Of a stretch of DNA of 64,000 nt, positions 1 through 11,480 are shown in pieces (the first letter of the stretch is position 1; each line of letters starts with the position of its first letter). A program made the position numbers and the translations under genes. The DNA comes from Takakia lepidozioides (Eukaryota > Plantae > Bryophyta): assembly GCA_030704615.1 (NCBI GenBank), contig CM060733.1, positions 2,356,001 through 2,420,000 of the forward strand, given 5' to 3'. The notes under the pieces were generated by a model. It worked only from the letters and a program-made list of their open reading frames with translations, was not told the origin of the DNA and made no database searches.

Positions 1-1104
1 GTGACGTGTGGTTAATTTAACATTTTCATTCTTCCTCTGTCGAACCTTTCGTATATCTGCACAGTGATGTTGCCTAGTGACAACAATGTTAAATTTAGCA
101 TTGCCATCGGGCGAGACATGTACAGTGATTCGCCTGTAACTACAGTCCTGGTTAGGTTTAATAGGAGGGCCCCGGTGAAGGAGCCGGCCCAAAAAGTGGG
201 GTATGCCGCTATTTGTACCCCGCGCACGGTATTCTTTAGTAAAAGGCGAAAGAATAGTTCGCTTTGCGCTGAGCACACGGCTGATGAATTGCATGATGGA
301 AGGCAAGGTTTATATAGGACTTATCCGTCGACATCTCTGCAAACGATATGGGATAAATATATGCCCAAAATTTTCCAGCGTAAAAAGCAAAACCCTACCA
401 CTGCAGGCTTCCTGACTCCTGACCCTGCTGTTAATATGTACGTGATGGTCCAGAAATGTTGAAGTGATGAAAAGCAAACACGGCGACTGCATTCGTGAGA
501 ATACTCTTGCAAGCCTTGCTTGATTGTTACTAAGAAGGCTTGCCCTGCGAACTTGGTATAGCTTAGTATCAATCGAGAGGGGGAGCATGCCATATGCCTA
601 CATTCTCCTCTCCTTGTCGTCTCTGTTTAGGAGTCCATGCTGAGAACAGGGAATAACAAGTGTCCACCAGTTCATCTGCTGATGATATGTTGTTTGCTGC
701 AGCTGATTATCTTTTGTGCGTTACAAGATTTGTCATCAATCCATGGCTGACAGGATAGAGGGTACCTCCGAAGCCGAGCCCTATCATTTACAAGCTTGAT
801 ACTGTGCAAAATGTGGCCCAGACCCGTAGCCGACCATCGAGATTCGGCCCCCCGACTGAAAAGCCTGAGAGTGCACGGACTGCTACTCGACATTTGCAGC
901 CAGAGTGTTCAGTCAGTGTCGTGACTATATCTGCCTAACAGTGTACAGCCAGGTGAGATCTAAATTTAACGGTGGTGGCACAACTGTGTGCGCAATACAA
1001 GAAGGTTTGCAACTCTGTCTCTAATTTCCTCACATGCACAACATGTTCAGTGATATGTAAATGCGCAACTCCACAAGGCAATCCTAGTTATTTGCTGTTC
1101 TGCA

Positions 1105-1485
1105 GAAAGGAAGAGGAGATTGTAATTGCCCATGTGAGGGCAGCCTGAAGACAATATCCACTGCACTGTCCGGGATGTTCTCACCAGAGAGTGACCCTCT
1201 TCAGGACGATCAAGAACATTGTCACGTTACCTCTGTTCACCAACTTTCAAAATCTTGAGGCTGAGCCTAAGGCCCTGGCCCTGTTGGGATCTAATGCTGG
1301 GTAGCTCACACACAACAAGTTGATGCTTGTGTGAAGGGCTTTTTAGAGGATATCTGGAAAAACCGAACTAATTGTCTTCACCAAGATAAAGTCACACTGC
1401 CGGAGTGAGCCCCTCACAAAAGGTAGCATCTATTCCGTTTTGTTCCGCCCAAACTGGGCCACATGGCTGCGGCAAACAACCGTCT
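1105..1485 (+). mobile_element. LINE 3' fragment (same family as 46823-47835)
   Basis: Aligns to ~47430-47825 (TTGATGCTTGTGTGAAGGG...GGATATCTGGAAAA...GGCAAACAA). Confidence 0.8.
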
Positions 1486-2166
1486 CTACAAGCTTCATCA
1501 TCTTGGAGTGTTTCAACTTCATCTTCGTCGTCTTCTTAAGACTCTTCTTCCTCATTCTATGTGGGAGTCCCACAACTCAATCTGCTAATAGCATGCTGTG
1601 AATGGGCATTTCTGTTGTTACTTTTTAGCGAGGGTTCTGTGTGAAGCCCATAAGTTAAATGATGCCCGTGGTGTGTGGTTGTAGGTGTCAGGAAAATCTA
1701 TGCAAGCGAGTAGGCTTGTTCATAAACAATCAATCATTTTCAGATCAGATTCCAATGGAGAGGAGTTTGAAGGGTGCCGCAAAGTGCTGAGCTCTATTTA
1801 CAGACTTGCCTCCCACCCATCATTGTGCGATACACATATTTGTGTGTAGGCTTAACTGAGGATGTACAGCAAATTTTACTTCCATGAATGCTTCAGGATG
1901 GTCATGGACCTCATACTGGCTTTGATGTTGTTGTGAGTGTCCTGTAGAAGATGTTCCCAGCTCCTTACAAGTGGTCGGGGGTGTATGCTGTCATCCATTA
2001 TAACCAACCGAGCTAAAAGGGGGGTCCTCGGTCAACCGTTTATTTTGTGTTGATAGCTCCAACTTTCAAGTCCTTGGGGAAGGTTAGGCCACTTCCACTT
2101 CCACTTTTCAGTGTGAGAATACCCAAGGAAAACAAAAAGGGGAAAAGAGAAAACGAGAGAGAGAGG

Positions 2167-2687
2167 TGTGAAGAACCAGATTCCTCTCTAGTCTTTATTC
2201 CCCATCAATGAATGTTATAACTCTGTGGGGATGAAGGTGCCTGTTACAACAGATGTGTCAGTGATGAGCATGTAAACTTGTCTTATATTAACCGCTAGTA
2301 GTAGATTAAGCAGTAGCCTTGTTGGCGGCATATCTGTCATTTCATCTGGATAACAATATGAGGAGCCAATAAGTGACAGCCATCTGGCCAGGCAGATGAA
2401 GGATGAAAAGACTATTTAATCAAGGGGGTCTAGAGCCCCAGTGTGCTGGTTTTTGGAGTGTTCATCTAGGTGTACCTGTGTGGATCTAGGTGTACCTGTG
2501 TGGATGAAAGTGTCTCTGTATGCGGTGTGTGATTAAGTTTAGGGAATCGTCCCTCAGGATCTGCAGTCCTCTAGAGTAAGATCCCTCATCCTATGCATGC
2601 TCGCTCTACTGTAGCTGTAGCTGTACTCCCCCTTTAAGCGCATCCACCACAGAGGAAGGGAATCTCTGGTGGGCGCCAGAATCTTGG
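2167..2687 (+). repeat. 5' LTR of outer gypsy element
   Basis: Starts TGTGAAGAACCAGATTCC and aligns with 37236-37707; the terminal CTTCACA is missing, probably a small deletion at a TTGG microhomology. Confidence 0.9.
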
Positions 2688-2693
2688 TGGAGA
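2685..2693 (+). promoter_or_regulatory. Primer-binding site of outer gypsy element (tRNA-Ala-like)
   Basis: TGGTGGAGA immediately after the LTR, complementary to a tRNA 3' end ...UCUCCACCA. Confidence 0.6.
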
Positions 2694-2766
2694 CGGGTCG
2701 CAAGATCTCGTCAATCATCACCTGGACATTCTCTGTTGGTACGACAGGTAGAAGTAGGCTGACGGC

Positions 2767-3789
2767 GTGACAATGGCGGCGCCTTCCCGTGCATGGTTGT
2801 TTTTGCTTCTAGCTATTGTCGTGCTTCCTTGTGTCTTTGTGATTCACTGTGTCACAGCAATGGCGTCTTCATCGCGCACTCCCACTGAAGCTGAGCTCAA
2901 CGCTTACAAGGAGACATCAGCAGGTAACTTTGAAGCAGTCTTTGCTGGGGTGTTGCGTGACTCAGTTGATCCCAAGCTCATCGTGGAGGTGGACTATCCT
3001 CCCTTTGGTGAACCATTTGAGCGGCCCGAGCTAGTTTTAGACACGCCCTCAGATCATTGGGTTCGTGAGTTCGAGCTCACAGCTGCCAAGGAGGGCTTGA
3101 AGCCCACGTGTAACAAAAAAGAGGCTGCTGAGCAACGCCGCAAAGTCATTGAGGCAGTGCAAGGTGCCAGAGCAGCAAAGCTCCTCCAATGCCTCTACGC
3201 TGCAGAAATTCACCGCAAGCTTCCTCTTTCGGTCGCTAAGGAGCGTCTACTTGCTAGTGAGACCCTGAGTTGGCCCGAGCTAGGGGTGCCGCAATTCACA
3301 GTTGCTAGTGAAGTCACCGTTGAGCTTGGCAGCTTTTTGCCACCACACTGACCGAGTCCAGTCAGGCTCTGGGAGTTAGTCCGAGGAGGGAGCTCTCTTG
3401 TTTTGGCCAATCTATGCCCTCTCTAGAAACCTGAGCACAATGTCGAGTTGTCTTGGGAGGATCATGTAGCAGACCTTCCAGTTTTTCGCTTTCCACATAC
3501 TGAGAACGACATCATCATCTTTCCTGGTACTGATTTTCGTGCTGAGAGGGTGGCCTTCAGTCTTCCCAACGCCGTGGTCACAAAATATCCAGTGCATACC
3601 TTGCTGGCCAAGGAGAAGATCATTCGCTCAGTAGTCCGCGTGTCCTTTTGGCTTAAGATTGACGAGAAACTATTGCACTTTTTGGGAGAATCCATGCACA
3701 TGCTTCATAAGCACAAGTTCGTGAGCTCACATCGTATCACTGACTGGGAGGACGAGCTGCAGCCCGTGCCAGGTCGGCAAGGAAGGTGA
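2767..3789 (+). pseudogene. Extra ORF upstream of gag (two broken ORFs, unknown function)
   Basis: ORFs 2767-3351 and 3448-3789 lie between the PBS and gag, on the same strand as gag; no recognisable domain. Confidence 0.45.
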
Positions 3790-3923
3790 GAACCGTCCCT
3801 GCTTTATCAATCCAAAATGCCTGTGACCACTAGAGCTCGTGAGTCTTGGAAAATTTTTGATGATTTGGTGAGGAAGAGCCGGCCGATGAGGCAAAGGTTG
3901 ATACTCCAAATCTTCCCGAACCC

Positions 3924-4337
3924 ATGTCCGAGACTCTATCTCCAGAGGAGCCTCTGGGGGTAGGCATTGCTAATCCTCCGCAAGGGACTCATGCAACCAC
4001 GTCAGGTAATAAGCCTAACCTTGATATCCAGGGTATCTGTGATGCTATGACCACAGTATCTAGTTGCCCTGCGTTGGTACAGTTGTTTTTAGACAAACAG
4101 ATTGGTGTGGTGCCCGTGACCAAGGCAAATGACCCTCAACGTTCTCACAAACGTCTATATCCAGAGTATGAGGTGGGTCAAGACTTTGAGAATTTTCTCA
4201 ACTTCTTTGAAATGAGTGTGAAATTTAATGAGCTGCCTGCTACGATGGTGACCAATTCCTTTCGCTTTTGCCTTAAGGGTGAGGCTCGTGATCTGTTTGA
4301 AGCAAGTATTAAGGATCAGGGTGAGGGGACGAGTTGA
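3924..4337 (+). pseudogene. gag: gag N-terminal/capsid fragment of outer gypsy element, truncated at the inversion breakpoint
   Basis: YPEYEVGQDFENFLNFFE...FRFCLKGEARDLF resembles a retrotransposon capsid; the ORF ends where minus-strand integrase sequence begins. Confidence 0.65.
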
Positions 4338-6130
4338 GACACATGAACTGTGTCCTTGAGCGCAGCAGTGGAGGCATGTTGGGGTAACAAACGATATTGC
4401 TTGCCAGGAAGGATCTCTGCAATCAAATAGGGCCCATCAATTCGAAGCTTGGCCTTGGAAACCTGCTTGCCAGGTTGAAGACGAACACACACGGTATGGC
4501 CGATGACAAAACTCTCAGAGTACACCACCTGCCGGTTGTAGTGTTTAGCCTGGGCAACCTGAGCCACTGCAATGTTGTGCTTGGCAATCTCCCGCAAGCT
4601 CAACCTGTGAGCAAAAACAGGGAGGTTCCTGCACTTGCACCTGTAAGACAGGGACGTGTAACGAGGTCCTAGCTTTTCTACCATACAATAATTCAAAAGG
4701 AGATAATCGAGTGCTAGCATGAACGGAAGTTCTATAAGCAAAGATAAGCACAGGCAAGGTGATGTCCCACTCATATATGAGAGCCCCATTCTTTTCCAAG
4801 AATTGGCACATTGATGATCTATCTCTACAACAAAAGAGCATCCATGTAAGTACTGCCTAAAATGCTTAACCCCAAAGATAACTGCGAGACCTTTCTTGTC
4901 TGTAATACTATAATTACGCTCATGACGATCTAGCCTTCTGGAAGCATAGGCTACAACCTGCTCCTTCCTATCTCGCTTCTGGCATAAGATAGCAGAGATA
5001 GCCGGATCTGAAGCATCAGTTTGCAAAAGAAATGGCTCATCAAAGTTGGGAAAAATGAGCACAGGGGCCGTGGTCAAAGCAACTTTGAGTTTTTCAAAGG
5101 CACGCTGTTCGTGTCACTCCATAAGAACCTGACATCCTTACATAACAAACGTGTTAGTGGCGCAGCAATTTTAGCAAAATGCATGATAAAACGCCGATAG
5201 TAGGAGGCCAGGCCAAGAAAGGCCCTAATACAATTTTTATCCTTGGGAGTTGGATACTCCCAAACAGTGGCAATCTTAGAGGGATCAGGACTGATAATCA
5301 GCGGCGGACAACAAATTACCAAGAAAGCGTAACTCAGACATACAAAGATCACATTTTTTTGCCTTTACCTTTAACCCAGCTGCTCGTAACCCGCATAGGA
5401 CTCTTCGAAGATCCACCATGTGAGCTTCAAAACTAGAAGAGTAAACATTAATGTCATCCACATAAACCAGGGCACACTCCCATCGAAGATTACCAAGCAC
5501 TATATCCATCAGCCGTTGGAAGGTTGCAGTGGCATTACAAAGCCCATAGGGCATGGTCTCAAACTGAAACATTCCCATTTTGCAAGTGAAGGCAGTTTTT
5601 TCCTTGGCTGAGTCTGTCAAAGGCACTTGCCAGAAACCAGCAGCCAGGTCCAGTGAGGAAAAAATGGTGGCTCCATTCAGTTGGTCAAGGGTTTCGTTGA
5701 TTCAAGGTAAATGATAGACATCTTTTTTAGTTAGGGTATTCAAACGTCTGAAGTCAACACAGAACCGTGTGGAACCATCATTCTTTGCAACCAAGACAAA
5801 TGGGACTGGCCCAAGGTGACACCGAAGGCTTGATGACACCAGAGTCTAACATCCTTTTTACCTCTTCTTACATGATCTTCCTCTCCTTCACACTCTCTCG
5901 ATAGGCATATTGTTTGATAGGTTGACCTTTAGTCACAATGTCATGAGAAAGCACAGAGGACATGCCTAAATCGTGAGAGCACTGACTGAAGACATCAAGA
6001 TTTTCCTTAATGACAGAATATAACTGACCTTTCTCAGCTTCAGTCAGACCAGAGCCTACCTTGACATCAGCCAACACAACAGCGTGAAAGGTATTACCTT
6101 TGGTGCAGAAACCGATTGAGACAATAAGAC
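4316..6130 (-). pseudogene. pol: Degenerate pol (RT, RNase H, partial integrase) of outer gypsy element
   Basis: MPYGLCNA..YVDD RT motifs; FLLQTDAS..VVAYASR RNase H; SPFELLYG and GPY..VHVSQL integrase C-terminus; many frameshifts and a deletion of the integrase core. Confidence 0.92.
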
Positions 6131-6138
6131 TAAGAACC

Positions 6139-6164
6139 CTATTTTAACTAATTCTGGACTTTTG
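6139..6164 (+). repeat. Left terminal inverted repeat
   Basis: CTATTTTAACTAATTCTGGACTTTTG is the exact reverse complement of 24984-25009. Confidence 0.92.
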
Positions 6165-6689
6165 GCTTAAATCCGGACCAAACTTAATATGTATTTGAAT
6201 TAAAATTAATTCAAAATTTGTTAATAATATCTTGGATAGTAATGTGTGATTGAACTTTGTGAAATTACAAGTGATGTCATACTTGCTTCAAAATGTAACA
6301 TATAAGATGTCTATTTGATATTGAAGTGCTTGTGAAGTTGTAGTGTAACTCAACAATTCATTGAACGTCAACTGGGAAGTCGAATGATGTAATATTACAT
6401 TATGTTACAATCACGATAAACAAATGTGTCGAATCGAACATGGGATAGACTCATAGTACTCTACCATACTTGATATAAGTTGATAGTAATTTTGATTGAA
6501 TCTTCATGTTCATAAGCACAATATTCATAGACAATGCCATTGGAATGATGTTTTGGGTGTGAGAAGGGCAGTAAAATATTAAAATAGCGTGAACATTAGG
6601 AAGATGACCTACTAGGGCAGTAAAATAAGGTTTGGGGTGTAACTAGATATATTAAGTGCAATAAGGTCCAAGTTTGTGGTGACTCGGAG

Positions 6690-7810
6690 AAGGGTTTAGG
6701 GTTTTAAAGGGTTTAGGATAGAAAAAGAGAAACAAATATGGACGACTCTAAACCTCTGTAGAATGGAAAAATGTAAGGGGAATTTGATATCCATGTAATC
6801 ATTCTATCATACGTTATCCAACTTGAAAATTAAAGAAAACATTAAGAGAATGATACAAATTTTACAAGAGGTAACATGGTAGTACAATAAGGTTTGGAGT
6901 TTATTATAAGTAGGGTACTACACTAAGGTTTTTGGTATATGGTAAAAGTAATGGTTTAAGGTGCTAAGGGTCACGCTTAAGCTTGGGGTAAGGATTATTA
7001 AGGGAAGGATAAAGGGAAGGGTAAGGGTTTAGGGTTTGGATTTCGGGTAGAAAGGGACAAACAAATATGGAATACTCACACATGGTAGTACAATAACTTG
7101 GTTTGGAGTGTAAGTAGGGTAGTACACTAACCTGGTTTTTGGTATATTATGGTAAGAGTACTAATGGTTTAGGGTAGTAAGTGTCAGGCTTAAGCTTAGG
7201 GTAAGGATTAAGGCCAGGGTAAAGGAATGGGTAAGGATTTAGGGTTTGGATTTAGGGTAGTTCAAAGGGACAAACAAATATAAAAGACTCACACATGGTA
7301 GTACAATAACTTGGTTTGGAGTGTAAGTAGGGTAATACACTAACCTGGTTTTTGGTATATGATAAGAGTACTAATGGTTTAGGGTAGTAAGTGTCAGGCT
7401 TAAGCTTAGGGTAAGGATTAAGGCCAGGGTAAAGGAATGGGTAAGGATTTAGGGTTTGGATTTAGGGTAGTTCAAAGGGACAAACAAATATAGAAGACTC
7501 ACACATGGTAGTACAATAATTTGGTTTGGAGTGTAAGTAGGGTAGTACACTAACCTGGTTTTTGGTATATGGTAAGAGTAATGGTTTAAGGTAGTAAGTG
7601 TCAAGCTTAATCTTAGGGTAAGGATTAAGGCCAGGGTAAAGGTTTGGATTTATGGGAGTACAGAAAGGTTTTTGGTATATGGTAAGAGTAATAGTTTAGG
7701 GTACTAAGTGTCCGGCTTAAGCCTATGGAAGGGTTAAGGTAAAACGAAGGGCAAGGACTTAGAGGTGATGATAAAGGTATAAATGGACAAACAAATATAG
7801 AAGACTCGCA
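6690..7810 (+). repeat. Subterminal tandem repeat, ~210-bp unit, G-run/TTTAGGG-rich
   Basis: CTCACACATGGTAGTACAATAA recurs at 7076, 7288 and 7498, with degenerate copies near 6875, 6700 and 7790. Confidence 0.88.
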
Positions 7811-8179
7811 CTCACTAGAACGAGACATTGCAAAAAAACATTTAGACCGGATTAGAAAAGAAAGAATCTAGGGGTTGTGCCAACATTTTTTTTTTTTGGG
7901 TGCATTGTCTGTTTTGTAAGCCAGAACCCCCATGTCACGAATATATGTAGATGAACAGAATGTACAGTAGTGCAGAGTCCAACACGGCAGAAAGAAATAG
8001 ATGAACGTCCACTGCCCACTCGAGGTTCATTGCGACAGAAAAAAAAGACAGGAAGGATTACCCAACGCAAACACGAAGGGAAAGAAGCGTAAATAAATTT
8101 TTATATCTTAAAATGAAAGACCGGAAATAACCTCAACATTTAGTCCATGGATGGAAAATGGTTCGCAAGAAGGAAACCT

Positions 8180-11100
8180 TCAGGTATCTGGCTGAAGGTT
8201 AGCAACCTCGAAATTCGCGCGCGCCTTCACTGCTTCCACCGCTGTAATTCTCTTGGTGCTATTTCTTGTCGTATTATTTCGTGGCGGCATTGTCCACACG
8301 ACATTGTTCACGTGGATCCATTGAGCAAGATCTGACGGGTTGTACTCCCAAACTTTTTGACCAACAGTCCTTGTACCTCTCAAAGTCTGAGGGGTTACCT
8401 CATTTCTTCTGTCTCCACCACTCCACCTTCACTTTCTTAAAATAAGGATCTTCCCTTTCTCGGATGACATCTGAAATTGCCATTCCCATCCAGACCGGGC
8501 ACGTCGTTGGGTCATGAGGGCGAACGAGCACAAAAAACCGTTTCTCAATATCCTTGAACGGATTCAAGGGTATCCTTGGATGCTCACACCTAGGGCCACA
8601 GTAAGGTTCTGGAACTTCATCCTCATCTTCCATATCTTCCAGTATCTGTGGCTGGATGCCATCCCTCCGATGGTTTGAGGACCAATTTGTTTTCAGCCAA
8701 AATCCCTCAAGAAGCTGAATACGATCCGGAATGTCCTGCATTGGCTTATCAAGTTCGGCGAGAATATTTCCCCAGTATTGGTCATATTGTTCCATCACAC
8801 CCCAGTAATGATCGTCAAGCAACATTCATTTGGTCCAAAAATCTCTGTATTTCTTAATACCATTTTTTATGAATGACTGTTTTTCTGAGGAGTCGTCCCC
8901 GACTCCCCATATCGGTCTTCTTGGAACGACATCTAGTTCTCCTTCAGGGAGATATGGAGTCCCATCAGGATTGGACTTCCACATCTTAACGCTGGAGTTT
9001 GTAGGAAGCCACTCCGAATCAGCAGCTGACTTCTTGTACTTTATAACGGGCCAGCCATCCGCATCCTTAAAAACTCGAAAGACGTGCATCTCTGAGATCC
9101 CCACCAAAGCCTCCTTTCCATCATGAATACAACCCTTAACAAACTTCTTGAAGTCGAGAACCTCCTGTGTGATTTGAGGAATGAATTGCATATCTTAGGA
9201 GATCATGAATGACCTCATCAAATCCGGAAGAATGTAGGTGCTGCGTTCCTTTAGCTTCTTCGAGAGATAGCTAAAAAATCCGTCAATATCCTCATGGGTG
9301 TGCCCGACCATGAGAAAACCAAGCTGGATCTCTTCAAAGACATCTTTGGCAGTGAGGAGGGATAGGAAAGCAAACATCCATCTGTTCTTATTGTCCTTGG
9401 AGGAGTTGTCCATCTACAAATAAAGTCGTCTAGGAAGTGGTCGAGCACCACGTTTATCGTGCGGCTTGCAGGGTTTCAGAGCCTCCAAACATCTCGATTT
9501 ACCTCTCATGAGCGTTTCAAAAAAATCATTTTGAACTTCAGTGTCGAAAATGTTCCTGGCCGGCATGTCGGCTTTTCCAGTTGACGCAGGCACCGAGCCA
9601 GCAACCCAATTGTGAAGTTTGAATTGTCTTTCCAGAACTCAAGAGAAAATTGAGCGTAAGCTCCATCTCCGTGTCCGTGCGTAACCATTCCTGTCAATGA
9701 GACAGGCAACTGACCCAATCCGGAGATCATCTTGTTCGTAGTCTGTAGCCTCGGAATAGCCGTTTTCCTATGATCCATATTATCATGAATAATACATAGG
9801 AACTCCTCCGGAACCATAACGGACTCATTCCTCCAGCTATGGTGCAGCCTTCTGCATGACTTTTGATGCCTCAAGTGCAAATCAAGCGCCCGCTTATGTG
9901 CGACCTGTTCGGAACTCCTCTTAATCGACTTCTTCATCAAGTCCTTGAACATCTCGCATTCTATGCACTTAGCAAAGGTGCTTCCTATTTTCCGAACCTC
10001 CACGTTAGGAAATATTCGATTCCGTATACGGCTTATAGCTAGCTGCGAGACCCCTTTCAAACCGAGCAGTGTGTTTGTCTGCACCCCAACTCCCCAACAA
10101 TGTCAACGTCCACTGGGCAGTGGAGGTTCTACAAAGTGGAAGAACAAGGAAGCATGATAGCATCAAAAAGAATAAAATCATCCACAGTATTTTGAAAAAC
10201 GAAAGGGGACAACGAATAAAAGTCACCTCGTTGGACTCCTCTCGAATTCTCTTCCAGTTCATTTCGGGTGGCAAAATTCTCAAAGTATCCCGACGTCCCT
10301 CTCCAATGCAACGTGTTTTGTGAGGCATAAGGTCAGTATTGGCATTGATAATGGACATAATGTTCCCCTCTGCCTGGAGTGTCCCTAGTCGCGGCCGCTT
10401 GACGCCACGATTTCCGTGGAAAGATGACAAACAGCCCTCTTTACTAAGCTTTTTGTACTTCATGTACGTTGACCTTCCAATTCCGTGTATTATCCACCAT
10501 GCTTTCTCACAAACATCAACACCTTCTATCGTAACATACCACCTGCGCGATGACCCATCCATAATGTGAAGTCGTTTTGAAACATTCAATCCAAGTTCTC
10601 TCCTCTCATCGAATGACGAACCCCAAAATGCAGTACGAATTGCCAAGGTTTTTCTCCAATCAAAATACTGGCAGCACTGAAGCTTGCAACAAGGTTTGCT
10701 GCTCACCGACCTCACTTCATCCAAAGTAAGATTTTTCTTGCATTTTTTTGAGTCCTCCATATTGGATGGATTTTTCTTCCTAGTAAAATGCTTGTATGTT
10801 GCTTTCAATACGCCTGTACCATGGTCGTCATTCTCCATGTCACTGCATGATCATAGGAAATTTTCGAGATCAACGGAGAGTATCCGGCCATTTTCAAGAA
10901 GTCTTGTTTTTGTTAACTTCACAATCGACAAGACTCTCCAAAGATTGTTCTGGTGACCAGAACCCCAACATCGTCCTCTCCAAATTTGTCATTTGGAATG
11001 ATCTCGTTAGGAATGCATGCCTGAATTCGGCCTTCGAACAGGCCGTTTCCGTCCTCCCCAAGAAGAAGACACTGCAAGTTTCTCCAACATTCTCTCCCCA

Positions 11101-11480
11101 GACCTGCAGACAGATCCCCCCTAGTTTCACCGTTGGACGGAATATCATTGTTTTCAGTGCTTTATCCTTGATAATCACTACCTTCTGTGATGGAATGACA
11201 TCCTGGGTTTCTCAGGGATGATGAATCCACAGTTTCATGCGTGCGAACACAGGACACGTCCCACACAATTGGAGTCCTAATCGCCTCCTTCAATGTGTCA
11301 GCATCCATGTGTCGATAAGGTAGAGGACAGGAGCCGAATGCGTCATCACAAAAGATCGGGGTAACTGAAATGGTGGACGAACACAAGTGGTGTCCGTGGC
11401 AAGTTCCATCCCCAGAAACATTCAGGCAATCTCCTGAGGCAACAACTGAAGGAGATCCAGGAAGCGACAGAAACACCCTT
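8180..11480 (-). pseudogene. Sola1/DUF7869-type DDD transposase, intron-containing, with stops and frameshifts
   Basis: CC..QCCQ and C..C cysteine clusters; IIHDNMD, MDNSSKDNKN and GFLMVGHTHEDID catalytic-type motifs; introns near 10080-10228 and 9414-9500; 5' limit approximate. Confidence 0.8.

Noticed and set aside
1-2100. Possible exons or ORF 64-462 at the window start
   Set aside because: Some splice-like sites are present but there is no recognisable domain and frames contain stops; cannot support a call.
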